DNA from: an uncultured Anaerolineaceae bacterium
GTDB lineage: Bacteria; Chloroflexota; Anaerolineae; 4572-78
Assembly: GCA_964480075.1 (NCBI GenBank)
Contig: CAYZQQ010000001.1
Span: forward strand, 1-42,733
Direction: 5' to 3'
Length of the DNA stretch: 42,733 bases
The notes under the pieces were generated by a model. That model saw nothing but the letters and a program-made list of their open reading frames with translations. It had not been told where the DNA came from and searched no databases. Below, piece after piece: positions 8,850 through 18,005 of this stretch. Each line of letters opens with the position of its first letter. The first letter of the stretch is position 1. The translations under genes were made by a program, and so were the position numbers.

Positions 8850-10568
8850 ATGAATCAACGAATGTTAGAACCCAAAGGCATGATACGCGAAACAACACCG
8901 CGCTCAACCGTGCAAATCACATTTGATGACGGGCGGGTGTTTGAAGGTCCCAAAGGCTCGATGATAGAGGATTTTATCCGTCCCGCCTTTCCCAAAAATA
9001 ACCCGCCGGTTATTGCATGCATGGTCAATAAACAGATGCGAGAATTAACGTACCATGCCTACACCGATTTGGAAGTGACGCCCATCATGCTGGCAGACAG
9101 CGACGGGCTGCGCATTTATCGCCGCTCGCTATCGCTGCTGCTCATCGCTGCGGCAGATGAATTGTTCCCCGGCATCCAAATTATCATCGATTACGGATTA
9201 AATTTCGGCGCATTTTATTTTGAGGTCAATCACCATCCGCCCCTTTCCGGCGATGATTTGTCTCGATTGCGTCACCGTATGCGAGAGTTGGTGGACGCAG
9301 ATTTACCCATTCACAAAGAGCGCGCGCCCCTGCCGGACGTTATCACCTATTTTAGAGAGAAGGGCTGGGACGACAAAGTTCGGCTGATGGAAACGCGCCG
9401 CAAAGATTATTTAACGCTGTATGCGCTTAACGGCATAAAAGATTACATGCAGGGGTATATGGTTCCGTCCACCGGCTATCTCAGTTCGTTTGACGTTGCC
9501 GTGTATGATGACGGCTATATTCTGCAATATCCCCGCTCAAAATCGCACAATCGCTTGCGCCCGCCGGTGGATTATCCCAAATTGGTCAGTGTTTTCAACG
9601 AAACGCGAGACTGGATGGAAAAGCTGGATGTGTATGATGTGGGCAAGCTGAACACCGTCGCCCGCACCGAGAAAATCCGCGAGCTGATTCTGGTGTCGGA
9701 GGCATTGCACGAACAGCGGGTGGCGCAGATTGCCACGCTCATCGCCAGCATTGGGCATATTCGGATGGTTACTATTGCGGGACCATCATCATCGGGGAAA
9801 ACCACATTTTCCAAACGATTGGCGATTCAATTGCGGTCTCATGGGTTAAAACTGATGACCATCGGCTTGGATGATTTTATTGTCAACAGAGAAGATACGC
9901 CCCTTGATGCGGATGGCGATTTCGATTATGAATCCATCAAAGCGCTTGATTTAGACCTTTTCAATTCGGTGATGCTGAAATTGATTAACGGTCAATCGGT
10001 AACCATGCCAAAATACAATTTTCTCACCGGGCAGCGCGAATGGGGCGAAACACTACAGGTGAGCAGCGAATACATTTTTATTGTGGAGGGAATCCACGGG
10101 CTGAACCCGGAGTTGGTCACGCAGATTCCCGTCGACCAGATTTTTCGGGTGTATGTTTCGGCGCTGACGCAGTTAAATCTGGACAATCACAATCGAGTTG
10201 CCACCACCGACACGCGGCTCATCCGGCGCATTGTACGCGATGCCACGTATCGCGGATACACCGCCAGCGATACCATTTTGCGCTGGCCCAAAGTTCGGCG
10301 CGGAGAACATACGTGGATTTTCCCATTTCAGGAAAACGCCGATATTTTGTTCAATTCGGCGCTGTTGTACGAAATGCTGGTACTCAAATCGCTGGCGGAA
10401 CCGTTGCTTTTGCAGGTGGAGCCGGGCAAACCCGCCCACCGCGAGGCGAAACGGTTGCTCTCATTTTTACAATGGTTCGATACGCTTAAAAGCACCGACT
10501 TCATCCCCGACAATTCCATTTTGCGCGAATTTATCGGCGGCTCCATTTTGCGTGATTATATGCCATAA
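8850..10568 (+). CDS. Uridine kinase/nucleoside kinase family protein with an N-terminal TGS/ThrRS-like extension
   Basis: P-loop IAGPSSSGKTTFSKRL, a uridine-kinase-like RLIRRIVRDATYRG block, and a roughly 300-aa N-terminal TGS-like region. The ATG at 8850 has an AGGA SD; the ORF-track start at 8811 is TTG. Confidence 0.7.
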   Translation: MNQRMLEPKGMIRETTPRSTVQITFDDGRVFEGPKGSMIEDFIRPAFPKNNPPVIACMVNKQMRELTYHAYTDLEVTPIMLADSDGLRIYRRSLSLLLIAAADELFPGIQIIIDYGLNFGAFYFEVNHHPPLSGDDLSRLRHRMRELVDADLPIHKERAPLPDVITYFREKGWDDKVRLMETRRKDYLTLYALNGIKDYMQGYMVPSTGYLSSFDVAVYDDGYILQYPRSKSHNRLRPPVDYPKLVSVFNETRDWMEKLDVYDVGKLNTVARTEKIRELILVSEALHEQRVAQIATLIASIGHIRMVTIAGPSSSGKTTFSKRLAIQLRSHGLKLMTIGLDDFIVNREDTPLDADGDFDYESIKALDLDLFNSVMLKLINGQSVTMPKYNFLTGQREWGETLQVSSEYIFIVEGIHGLNPELVTQIPVDQIFRVYVSALTQLNLDNHNRVATTDTRLIRRIVRDATYRGYTASDTILRWPKVRRGEHTWIFPFQENADILFNSALLYEMLVLKSLAEPLLLQVEPGKPAHREAKRLLSFLQWFDTLKSTDFIPDNSILREFIGGSILRDYMP

Positions 10569-10573
10569 AACAG

Positions 10574-10655
10574 TAGACCTCTTGCAAAAGTCATGTAGGT
10601 CACGTTTTTAACGTGACACCTTGATAATTCGTCACGCTATAAGCGTGACCTACAC
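10574..10655. repeat. Truncated copy of the triple-hairpin 'tagacct...gtaggtcacg' element
   Basis: It aligns along its whole length with 25670-25752. Its hairpins are gtcacgt-tttta-acgtgac and gtcacgc-tataa-gcgtgac. It lacks the right-hand terminal inverted repeat. Confidence 0.7.
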
Positions 10656-10704
10656 TAATTTTTTGTGATGACAAAACAACGTTTCTCAGAAGATGCAATC
10701 TCCG

Positions 10705-10740
10705 CAAAAAAAGCCGGCTGATAGTCAGTCGGCTTTTTTA
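10705..10740. terminator. Bidirectional intrinsic terminator
   Basis: aaaaaaa-GCCGGCTGA-tag-TCAGTCGGC-tttttt, with one mismatch in the stem, between convergent genes. Confidence 0.7.
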
Positions 10741-10787
10741 ATGCAAATTGCATTCCTGTGAGAAATGTTATTTTTCAATAAAAATTT

Positions 10788-10822
10788 TTCATTGTTCACT
10801 TTTCATTATTCATTATTCAGTG
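10788..10822. repeat. Heptanucleotide tandem repeat (STRR-like), 5 units
   Basis: Units are ttcattg/ttcactt/ttcatta/ttcatta/ttcagtg. The last unit contains the lepB stop codon. Confidence 0.7.
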
Positions 10823-11479
10823 AACCAACCCCGCTTCAGAGGGGGGCCAGTATGACACCCACGCTTTACCGACGATGTTGTGATATGATACGGGTCCAAA
10901 CGCCCGCGAATCATTTGACGCATTACGATTATCGCCCATGACAAAAACATGCTGCGCGGGCACAACTGTGGGACCATATCGCCCCAGAGTGGAACGCGCC
11001 AAATACGGCTCGTCGAGCATTTGCCCATTGATATATACCTTGCCATCGCGCACTTCCACGGTATCGCCGGGCAAACCAATCACCCGTTTGATGAGCAATT
11101 CTTTAGCATCATCACGTACTTTCAGCACGATAATGTCATCACGCACGGGCGAATGGAGTTTGTACGTCACTTTTTCAACAATCAGCCGCTCGTTGGTGTG
11201 CAGGTTGGGTTCCATACTTTGCCCGTAAACCCGCGTAGCTTGTGCCAAAAACAGGTTTATCAACAACGCAATAACAATGGCAGGGATGATGGTTTCCAAT
11301 GTTTCTTTTATCGCCCCACCCACTTGCCGCCACACCGACGGTTCGGCAGGGGGCGTTTCCGGCGGCGGCGTTTCAGCCGCAAAGGGCGGCATTTGCACAC
11401 CGTCATCATCGCTCAAATGCGGTTCGGTGGGATGGGTGTCTGCGGTGTCAAGCCGTTCAAAATTGTTATCCGAATTCAT
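10817..11479 (-). CDS. lepB: Signal peptidase I with a long acidic, Pro-rich N-terminal extension
   Basis: Catalytic Ser box GQSMEPNL, the KRVIGLPGD box and the GDNRNASNDSR box; SD AGAGG. Confidence 0.9.
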   Translation of the reverse strand: MNSDNNFERLDTADTHPTEPHLSDDDGVQMPPFAAETPPPETPPAEPSVWRQVGGAIKETLETIIPAIVIALLINLFLAQATRVYGQSMEPNLHTNERLIVEKVTYKLHSPVRDDIIVLKVRDDAKELLIKRVIGLPGDTVEVRDGKVYINGQMLDEPYLARSTLGRYGPTVVPAQHVFVMGDNRNASNDSRAFGPVSYHNIVGKAWVSYWPPSEAGLVH

Positions 11480-11560
11480 ATAATGCCTCTTGGGTCACAT
11501 TTTCCATCTGCTTTAGTTTACTCAACACGTCTCTTTTTGCCAAAGGCTGATGGTTGCATG

Positions 11561-11589
11561 AAAAAGACGCCGATTCCTCGACGTCTTTT
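11561..11589 (-). terminator. Weak candidate terminator/attenuator after pnp
   Basis: aaaagacg-(12 nt)-cgtctttt lies 18 nt after the pnp stop. The GC core is short, so support is weak. Confidence 0.25.
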
Positions 11590-11606
11590 GGGGTATTCCG
11601 GGGTGT

Positions 11607-13814
11607 CTACCGTCGGTCGCGTCGGTCTCCGCCTCGACGGTCGTTGCGCCGTCCGCCGCTGCGTCCGCCACTTTTGGGGCGGTCATGCGAGCGGGCTTCT
11701 TCTGCCGTCCAGCCTTCCAGCACGGCTTGCCGTGACAGCCGAATCTTGCCTTCGGGACTGACGTCAGTGACCATCACCATAATTTCATCGCCCATTTTTA
11801 CCACGTCTTCCACACTGTTGACGCGGTAATCTGCCAGTTGCGAGATATGCACCAGTCCATCTGTGCCGGGCAAAATTTCCACAAATGCGCCGAAATCGGT
11901 GGTACGGACAACGGTGCCGGTATAAATGCCGCCCACTTCGGCGGTGCTGGTGAGCAATTCAATTTTTGTCTGTGCGGCTTTTGCATTCTCTTGGTTATCG
12001 GTGGCGATGAACACCGTGCCATCCTCCGAAATTTCGATTTTCGCGCCGGTTTCATCTTGAATGGAACGAATCATTTTGCCCCCCGGTCCGATGACTTTCC
12101 CAATTTTTTCGGGGTCAATTTGGATGGAGTAAATGCGCGGCGCGTATTTTGAAAGGTCTGTTCGCGGCGCGTCAATCACTTCTGCCATTTTTCCCATAAT
12201 GTGGAAACGTCCTTCTTTTGCCTGTGCCAGCGCAGTTTCAAAGATGTCCCATGTTAGTCCGGAAATTTTGATGTCCATTTGCAGGGCTGTTACACCATCA
12301 GAGGTACCGGTCACCTTAAAGTCCATATCACCCAGCGCGTCTTCCATACCCTGAATATCGGACAGCACCACAAAATTGTCGCTGTCGTAGTCGGTGACCA
12401 ACCCCATTGCAATACCGGCAACCGGTTTTTTGATGGGCACACCGGCGTCCATCAGGCTCATGGTACTGCCACACACACTCGCCATTGAGCTGGAACCATT
12501 GGATGCCATCACTTCCGAAACGACGCGGAGGGTATACGGGAATTCTTCTGCGCTGGGAATAACCGGGAGGAGCGCACGTTCTGCCAGCGCGCCGTGCCCG
12601 GTTTCGCGGCGTTTGGTGCCGCCCACACGCCCGGTTTCGCCAACGGTGTACGGGGGGAAGTTGTAATGGTGCATATAGCGTTTGGTGTCTAACGGACCGA
12701 GCGTGTCGAGCCGTTGCTCTTCGCCGGGAGTCCCCAACGTGACGATGCTCATCACCTGCGTTTCGCCACGGGTAAACACGGCGCTGCCGTGTACGCGGGG
12801 TAAAACGCTTGCTTCGCCCCAAATGGGACGAATCTGTTTCGGGGTGCGTCCATCGGGGCGAATGCCTTCGTTGAGCACGCGGGTACGAACCAGTTTCTTA
12901 AAGTAGGTGCTGAATGCTCTTTTTACATCCCCGGCGCTGACGGTTTCGTCATTGGCAAATGCTGCTACCAATTGCTCGGTCAGGTCATCTTTGCGGCGAT
13001 TGGTTTCGGTTTTATCAACGGTGGTGTCCATCACGGCGGCGATGCGGTCATTTTCATTGAGCCATGCTTCAACTTTGGCTTGCACAGCAGGGTCAATATC
13101 CGAAGTGGACAGGTTGCGTTTTCCTTTCCCGATTTCATCGCGCATACGTTCCTGTAAAGCAATGACATTCTGAATGGATGTATGTGCCAGTTTCAATCCA
13201 TCGAGTAAAACATCTTCCGGCACTTCATTCGCCCCGGCTTCAACCATCAACACGGCTTCTTTAGTGCCGGCTACCCGCAGGTCGAGTTTACTTTCGCGCA
13301 TTTGAGAGATGGTGGGGTTTGCAATCAATTCCCCGTCAATCAACCCAACGCGAGCTGCGCCGACGGGACCCGCCCACGGAATATCGCTAATCATCATAGC
13401 GGCGCTGGCGCCGTTTAACGCCATAATATCCAGATGTTTTTCATCATCGGAAGAAAGCGCGGTGATGACCACCTGCACTTCATTGCGAATGGTTTTATCA
13501 AACAGTGGGCGCAGGGGGCGGTCAACCAGCCGGCAGATGAGAATCGCCTCTTCACTGGGGCGCCCTTCACGGCGGAAGAAGCTACCCGGAATACGTCCGG
13601 CAGCATACATTTTTTCTTCAAATTCCACGCTCAGTGGCAGGAAATCAATCCCTTCGCGAACGCTTTTGCTGGCAGTTGCAGTTACCAGCAGTACCGATTC
13701 GCCGGAGCGAACAATCACCGAACCGCCCGCCAATTGCGCGATACGTCCGGTTTCAAACGAAATGTCATCGTTTCCGATGGTGGTCGAGAATACCCGACCT
13801 TGTGGTGTAGACAT
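11607..13814 (-). CDS. pnp: Polyribonucleotide nucleotidyltransferase (PNPase) with an Arg/Gly-rich C-terminal tail
   Basis: Two RNase PH domains plus KH and S1 domains. GGAGG lies 6 nt upstream of the ATG at 13814 (MSTPQGRVF...). The tail reads RPKSGGRSGGRRNDRRGGDRRDRR. Confidence 0.95.
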   Translation of the reverse strand: MSTPQGRVFSTTIGNDDISFETGRIAQLAGGSVIVRSGESVLLVTATASKSVREGIDFLPLSVEFEEKMYAAGRIPGSFFRREGRPSEEAILICRLVDRPLRPLFDKTIRNEVQVVITALSSDDEKHLDIMALNGASAAMMISDIPWAGPVGAARVGLIDGELIANPTISQMRESKLDLRVAGTKEAVLMVEAGANEVPEDVLLDGLKLAHTSIQNVIALQERMRDEIGKGKRNLSTSDIDPAVQAKVEAWLNENDRIAAVMDTTVDKTETNRRKDDLTEQLVAAFANDETVSAGDVKRAFSTYFKKLVRTRVLNEGIRPDGRTPKQIRPIWGEASVLPRVHGSAVFTRGETQVMSIVTLGTPGEEQRLDTLGPLDTKRYMHHYNFPPYTVGETGRVGGTKRRETGHGALAERALLPVIPSAEEFPYTLRVVSEVMASNGSSSMASVCGSTMSLMDAGVPIKKPVAGIAMGLVTDYDSDNFVVLSDIQGMEDALGDMDFKVTGTSDGVTALQMDIKISGLTWDIFETALAQAKEGRFHIMGKMAEVIDAPRTDLSKYAPRIYSIQIDPEKIGKVIGPGGKMIRSIQDETGAKIEISEDGTVFIATDNQENAKAAQTKIELLTSTAEVGGIYTGTVVRTTDFGAFVEILPGTDGLVHISQLADYRVNSVEDVVKMGDEIMVMVTDVSPEGKIRLSRQAVLEGWTAEEARSHDRPKSGGRSGGRRNDRRGGDRRDRR

Positions 13815-13844
13815 AAAAATCCTCCGGATTTTTTTGATTGCCAT

Positions 13845-13918
13845 CCGGGGAATCTGGAACTGGGAACAAAATCAAATAGCGGCATTTGGTTCTATTCCCA
13901 AATCCAGTCATTCCCCGG
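13845..13918 (-). promoter_or_regulatory. Long imperfect stem-loop in the pnp 5' leader (candidate RNase III/autoregulation hairpin)
   Basis: ccggggaat-ctgga-actgggaa ... ttccca-aatccag-tcattccccgg, located between rpsO and pnp. Confidence 0.5.
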
Positions 13919-14052
13919 AGGTAGTTGATAATTTCGTGCGCCCGTTTCTATTTTTTAGCAGGCAACACGCCAACAAAAAAACAAGCAACGGAGAAACCCG
14001 TGGTTCTCACAATCGCCTGCCTTTTCGTTAGAGTAATACCAATTTCATAAAC

Positions 14053-14322
14053 TTACTTACGCAAACCAAGTCGTGGTAGCAGTGTTTTGTATCGTTGATA
14101 ATCTTTGCGGCTCAGATACGCCAGTAAACGGCGACGCTGCCCAACCAGCTTCAGCAACCCCCGCCGTGAACCTTCATCGTGCTTGTGTTGCTTCAGATGT
14201 TCAATCAGCCCGTTAATTCGGTGAGTTAACAGCGCAATTTGCACCTCGGGCGAACCTGTATCCTCTTCTGCCAGCTGAAAATCTTTAATAATTTGCTCTT
14301 TTATTTCTTTTGTGAGTGACAC
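14053..14322 (-). CDS. rpsO: 30S ribosomal protein S15
   Basis: 89 aa, ...[29 protein letters not shown]...; GTG start with a GAAAGGA SD. Confidence 0.95.
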   Translation of the reverse strand: MSLTKEIKEQIIKDFQLAEEDTGSPEVQIALLTHRINGLIEHLKQHKHDEGSRRGLLKLVGQRRRLLAYLSRKDYQRYKTLLPRLGLRK

Positions 14323-14417
14323 GGCAATTCCTTTCTATCCGTCGGGCGACCAACAGAAACACACTCCGTTGGAACCCCAAGTGTCTTGGATAACTAGAGT
14401 TTATTTCAACAGCGTGC

Positions 14418-14446
14418 ATTATAGCACATACAGCCAACTTAGGCAA
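14418..14446 (-). promoter_or_regulatory. Candidate extended -10 promoter for rpsO-pnp
   Basis: On the minus strand: TTGCCT, a 17-nt spacer ending in TGc, then TATAAT. It lies about 95 nt upstream of the rpsO GTG. Confidence 0.45.
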
Positions 14447-14495
14447 ATGTTTTCACTTTTTAATGCACTGTGTTAAAATCTGAATGGAGGTTTTT

Positions 14496-15269
14496 ATGCA
14501 ATTTGACGTCTTTACGCTCTTTCCGGAAATGTTTGCGGGACCCTTTGCCCACAGCATCATTCGGCGCGCGCAGGAAATGAATTTGGTGGATATTGCGCTG
14601 CACAATATCCGCGATTATGCGCTCGACAAACACCACATGACCGACGACACCCCGTATGGCGGCGGCGGCGGCATGGTGATGAAACCCGACCCCGTTTTTC
14701 ACGCGGTGGAATCGGTACTGGGGACAGACGTGCCGCCAGAAGGATACATCCCGAATGGCACGGCGGAACGCCCGCCGATTATTTTGCTTTCGCCGCAGGG
14801 ACGGGTTTTTACCCAGAAGGTTGCGGAGGAACTGGCGCAATATCCCCGGCTGATGTTCATCTGCGGGCGATATGAAGGCGTAGACGAGCGGGTGGTGCAG
14901 TATCTCGCCACCGACCGGATTTCCATCGGCGATTATGTGCTGTCCGGCGGGGAAATCCCCACGATGGCAATTGTGGACGCACTCATCCGGCTCATCCCCG
15001 GCGTGCTGGGCGACCCCAACGGCGCGGCAAACGACTCGCACTCAACGGGATTGCTGGAATATCCGCATTACACCCGCCCGCCGGAATTTCGGGGGCACGG
15101 TGTGCCGGACATTCTGCTGTCGGGACATCACGCCAAAGTGGACGAATGGCGGCGGCAGCAAGCCCTGCTCCGCACACTGAAACATCGCCCCGATATGCTG
15201 GAAACCGCCCCGTTGACCGATGCGGACAGGAAGTTTTTGGAAAAAGTGGTCAAAATAGAACGCAGATGA
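14496..15269 (+). CDS. trmD: tRNA (guanine37-N1)-methyltransferase
   Basis: [13 protein letters not shown]..., with the YGGGGGM and [11 protein letters not shown] motifs. GGAGG lies upstream of the ATG at 14496. Confidence 0.95.
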   Translation: MQFDVFTLFPEMFAGPFAHSIIRRAQEMNLVDIALHNIRDYALDKHHMTDDTPYGGGGGMVMKPDPVFHAVESVLGTDVPPEGYIPNGTAERPPIILLSPQGRVFTQKVAEELAQYPRLMFICGRYEGVDERVVQYLATDRISIGDYVLSGGEIPTMAIVDALIRLIPGVLGDPNGAANDSHSTGLLEYPHYTRPPEFRGHGVPDILLSGHHAKVDEWRRQQALLRTLKHRPDMLETAPLTDADRKFLEKVVKIERR

Positions 15270-15470
15270 CGCTGATAACACAGATTTCGTATGTCATTCT
15301 GAAAATTCGCTGCGCGAATTTTCCGGAATCCACAGCACAAACACCGGATTCCCGCCTGTGCCCGTTGTTTGGGTGCTTTCGCGGGAATGACATTTCTTTT
15401 TTTGAAAACTGTCCGGTGGCTGGATTTTATCTGTGAGAATCTGTAATATCCGTGTCATCTGTGTTCCGAT
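15254..15470. repeat. Composite nested repeat: outer 'aatagaac...acagat' inverted repeats enclosing a gene-less pair of tgtcattc/gaatgaca hairpin units
   Basis: The left arm (15254-15293) matches the reverse complement of the right arm (15422-15470) at about 26 of 31 positions. The inner units are at 15292-15332 and 15345-15392. Confidence 0.65.
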
Positions 15471-15522
15471 AAAACTGTCAGGTAGATAAAATTTCCAATT
15501 AACCAACCCAAAGGAGAAACCT

Positions 15523-17151
15523 ATGTTCACACACGGAGGCGAATTGGTCGGGCGCGCGCTGGCAGCGCAGGGTGTCGATACACTTTACACGCTGTGCGGC
15601 GGGCATATCGCGCCGATTTACGAAGGCTGCCTGAACCACGATATCCGCGTCATCGACTTTCGGCACGAGCAAGCTGCCGCCCACGCCGCCGATGCGCACG
15701 CACGGCTCACGCGCAATATCGGCGTGGCAGCAGTCACCGCCGGTCCCGGCGTCACCGATGCGGTAACAGCGGTGGCGAATGCATATCAAGCCCGCAGCCC
15801 GCTGATTCTGCTCGGCGGGGCGGCGCCGCTCAGCACCAAAGGGATGGGCGCATTGCAGGAAATGCCCCAAACCGACCTATTCAAAACCTTCACCAAAGCC
15901 AGTTTCACCCTCACCGACACGGCGCAAATCCCCGCACAGATGGCGGATGCTTTCCGCACCGCGCTGAGCGGTCGCCCCGGACCGGTTTTCATCGAACTGC
16001 CGTTTGATGTGTTGTTCAACGCCGTTGACCCACCCGAAATTTCCCCCAAAATCGAAATCGACCCCATCGAACCGGAAACGGGCGCGCTGGACAAAATTGC
16101 CACCCTGTTGCGTGATGCCCGCAAACCCATCATCATCGCCGGCACGCAGGTTTATTGGGATGGCGCCAGCGCCGCCCTGAAAAATCTCACCGAACAAACT
16201 GCCATGCCGGTGTTCACCAACGGTGCGGGGCGCGGCACACTGCCGATGGATCATCCCCATCTGTTCAAAGCCACCCGTTCCGCCGCGCTGAAAGAAGCGG
16301 ATGTGGTGGTGCTCATCGGCACGCCGCTCGATTTTCGGTTGAAATACGGGCGCGACTGGAACCCGAACAGCAAACTCATTCAGGTGGAAAATGATGCCGC
16401 CGAATTGAACCACAACCGCACCGCAGATGTCGCGCTGGCAGCCAATGCCCGGCTGGTGCTGGAAGGGCTTTCGGCGCGGCTGGGCGGGGTTCGTTTTGAT
16501 GATTGGCTCAGCCAGATGCAGGAAATGGAAGGCGAAAAACAGGCGAAGCTGGCGCAGTGGGCAGCGCTGGACGATTCGCCGGTCAACCATTTCCGTTTTG
16601 GTGCGGCAGTGAACAATTTTGTGGACGAAAACACCCTCGTCATCGGCGATGGCGGCGATATTGTGAGCGCCACTGCCAAAGTGCTGAATATCACCCGCCC
16701 CGGTCAGTGGCTCGACCCCGGACCGTTGGGCTGTCTGGGTGTCGGTGCGCCATTTGCCATTGCCGCACAGAATCTCTATCCCGATAAAAAAGTGCTGATT
16801 GTAAACGGCGATGGCTCTTTCGGGCTGAACGGGTTCGAATTTGACACCGCCATCCGCTTTAATTTGCCGATTGTGAGCATTGTGGGCAACGATGCCGCGT
16901 GGGGGCAGATTCGCGGCCCGCAAATCCAAATGGTGGGAAAAGAACGCGCCATCGCGTCATCGCTGGCGGCGACGCGGTATGACAAAATAGTGGCGGCAAT
17001 GGGCGGCTACGGCGAACATGTGGACAATCCCGCCGAGATTGAAGCCGCGCTGGCACGGGCGTTTGCCAGCGGAAAACCGGCGTGCATTGATGTCGCGCTC
17101 GACCCGGAAGGGATGCAGAAAACCGGCGCCAGCTCGCCGTATATTGTGTGA
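15523..17151 (+). CDS. Thiamine diphosphate-dependent enzyme (acetolactate synthase / oxalyl-CoA decarboxylase / 2-hydroxyacyl-CoA lyase family)
   Basis: The 542-aa ORF has the N-terminal Pyr domain ([12 protein letters not shown]...[11 protein letters not shown]) and the ThDP-binding GDGSF...N motif. SD is AAGGAG. Confidence 0.8.
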   Translation: MFTHGGELVGRALAAQGVDTLYTLCGGHIAPIYEGCLNHDIRVIDFRHEQAAAHAADAHARLTRNIGVAAVTAGPGVTDAVTAVANAYQARSPLILLGGAAPLSTKGMGALQEMPQTDLFKTFTKASFTLTDTAQIPAQMADAFRTALSGRPGPVFIELPFDVLFNAVDPPEISPKIEIDPIEPETGALDKIATLLRDARKPIIIAGTQVYWDGASAALKNLTEQTAMPVFTNGAGRGTLPMDHPHLFKATRSAALKEADVVVLIGTPLDFRLKYGRDWNPNSKLIQVENDAAELNHNRTADVALAANARLVLEGLSARLGGVRFDDWLSQMQEMEGEKQAKLAQWAALDDSPVNHFRFGAAVNNFVDENTLVIGDGGDIVSATAKVLNITRPGQWLDPGPLGCLGVGAPFAIAAQNLYPDKKVLIVNGDGSFGLNGFEFDTAIRFNLPIVSIVGNDAAWGQIRGPQIQMVGKERAIASSLAATRYDKIVAAMGGYGEHVDNPAEIEAALARAFASGKPACIDVALDPEGMQKTGASSPYIV

Positions 17152-17276
17152 AGTTCTTGGTTTCGGGTTCGAAGTCTCAAATCTCTACCCCCACCCCAAC
17201 CCCTGGCAGGGGGAGGGAGTCGCCAAGGGCGGCAGAAGGGGGTCGGAAGCTCTAATCTTCGAAGGACACATAACAC

Positions 17277-18005
17277 ATGACGAATGACAAATCTCTATCT
17301 TCCAAAACCGCCATTATCACCGGCGCGGGGCGAGGCATTGGACGCGCCACCGCGCTGATGCTGGCGGCGCACGGCGCACGGGTATGCGTCAACGATGTGA
17401 ACCCAACCGCTGTCACTGCCACCACCGCAGCCATCACCGAGGCGGGCGGTATGGCAATGGACTTCACCGGTTCGGCGGACAACAAAATGCTGGTGCAAAG
17501 TATGTTCCAGCAGGTCATCGAAGCGTGGGACACGGTGGATATTCTAGTTACCTGCGCGGGTATCGAGCCACAAAGCGGGGTGCTGGAGCAGGGTGAATGG
17601 GAATGGATGCGCACGTTTGAAGTCAACGTGAAAGGCACATTTCTCTGCACCCAAATTGCCGGGCGGGTGATGCGCGAAATCGGCGGTGGGGTGATTGTCA
17701 CGATGGGCAGTTCGCCGCAGTACCCACCGCAAAAAACGGGGTACGGCGCGGTTGCCACCAGCAAAGCCGCCGTCGCCGAGTTTACCCGCCGCGCCGCCCA
17801 CGAGTTGTCGCCATTCGGCATTCGGGTGAACGGCATTGCGCCGGGGTACATCAAAACCCCGCTCAGCGAGCCATTTTGGGACACGCCGGGCATTCGCTGG
17901 GGCGAACCGGAGGACGTGGCGCGGGTGGTTATATTTCTGTGCAGCGGTGCGGCGCGGTTTGTCAACGGGCAAATCATCGCCGTGGACGGAGGGCAATCGG
18001 TATGA
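17277..18005 (+). CDS. SDR family oxidoreductase
   Basis: TGAGRGIGRA Rossmann motif and the C-terminal GQIIAVDGG block. The N-terminal MTNDK is encoded by heptamer repeats. Confidence 0.85.
   Translation: MTNDKSLSSKTAIITGAGRGIGRATALMLAAHGARVCVNDVNPTAVTATTAAITEAGGMAMDFTGSADNKMLVQSMFQQVIEAWDTVDILVTCAGIEPQSGVLEQGEWEWMRTFEVNVKGTFLCTQIAGRVMREIGGGVIVTMGSSPQYPPQKTGYGAVATSKAAVAEFTRRAAHELSPFGIRVNGIAPGYIKTPLSEPFWDTPGIRWGEPEDVARVVIFLCSGAARFVNGQIIAVDGGQSV

Noticed and set aside
13950-14052. Possible rpsO terminator/attenuator hairpin (ggcaggc...gcctgc with an inner gagaa/ttctc stem).
   Set aside because: The stems are short with long loops, and no clean U-tract directly follows a stable helix. I cannot support it from sequence alone.
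17160-17200. tRNA-like T-arm sequence gggttcgaag.
   Set aside because: No complementary T-stem, acceptor stem, D-arm or anticodon arm can be drawn around it. It is part of the repeat spacer.
17700-17790. The SDR appears to lack the catalytic Tyr. Aligned on ...ATSKAAV, the canonical YxxxK Tyr position is Val.
   Set aside because: A YPPQK (YxxxK) motif lies 9 residues upstream, so the register cannot be settled by eye. A real alignment or structure model is needed before calling it non-canonical.
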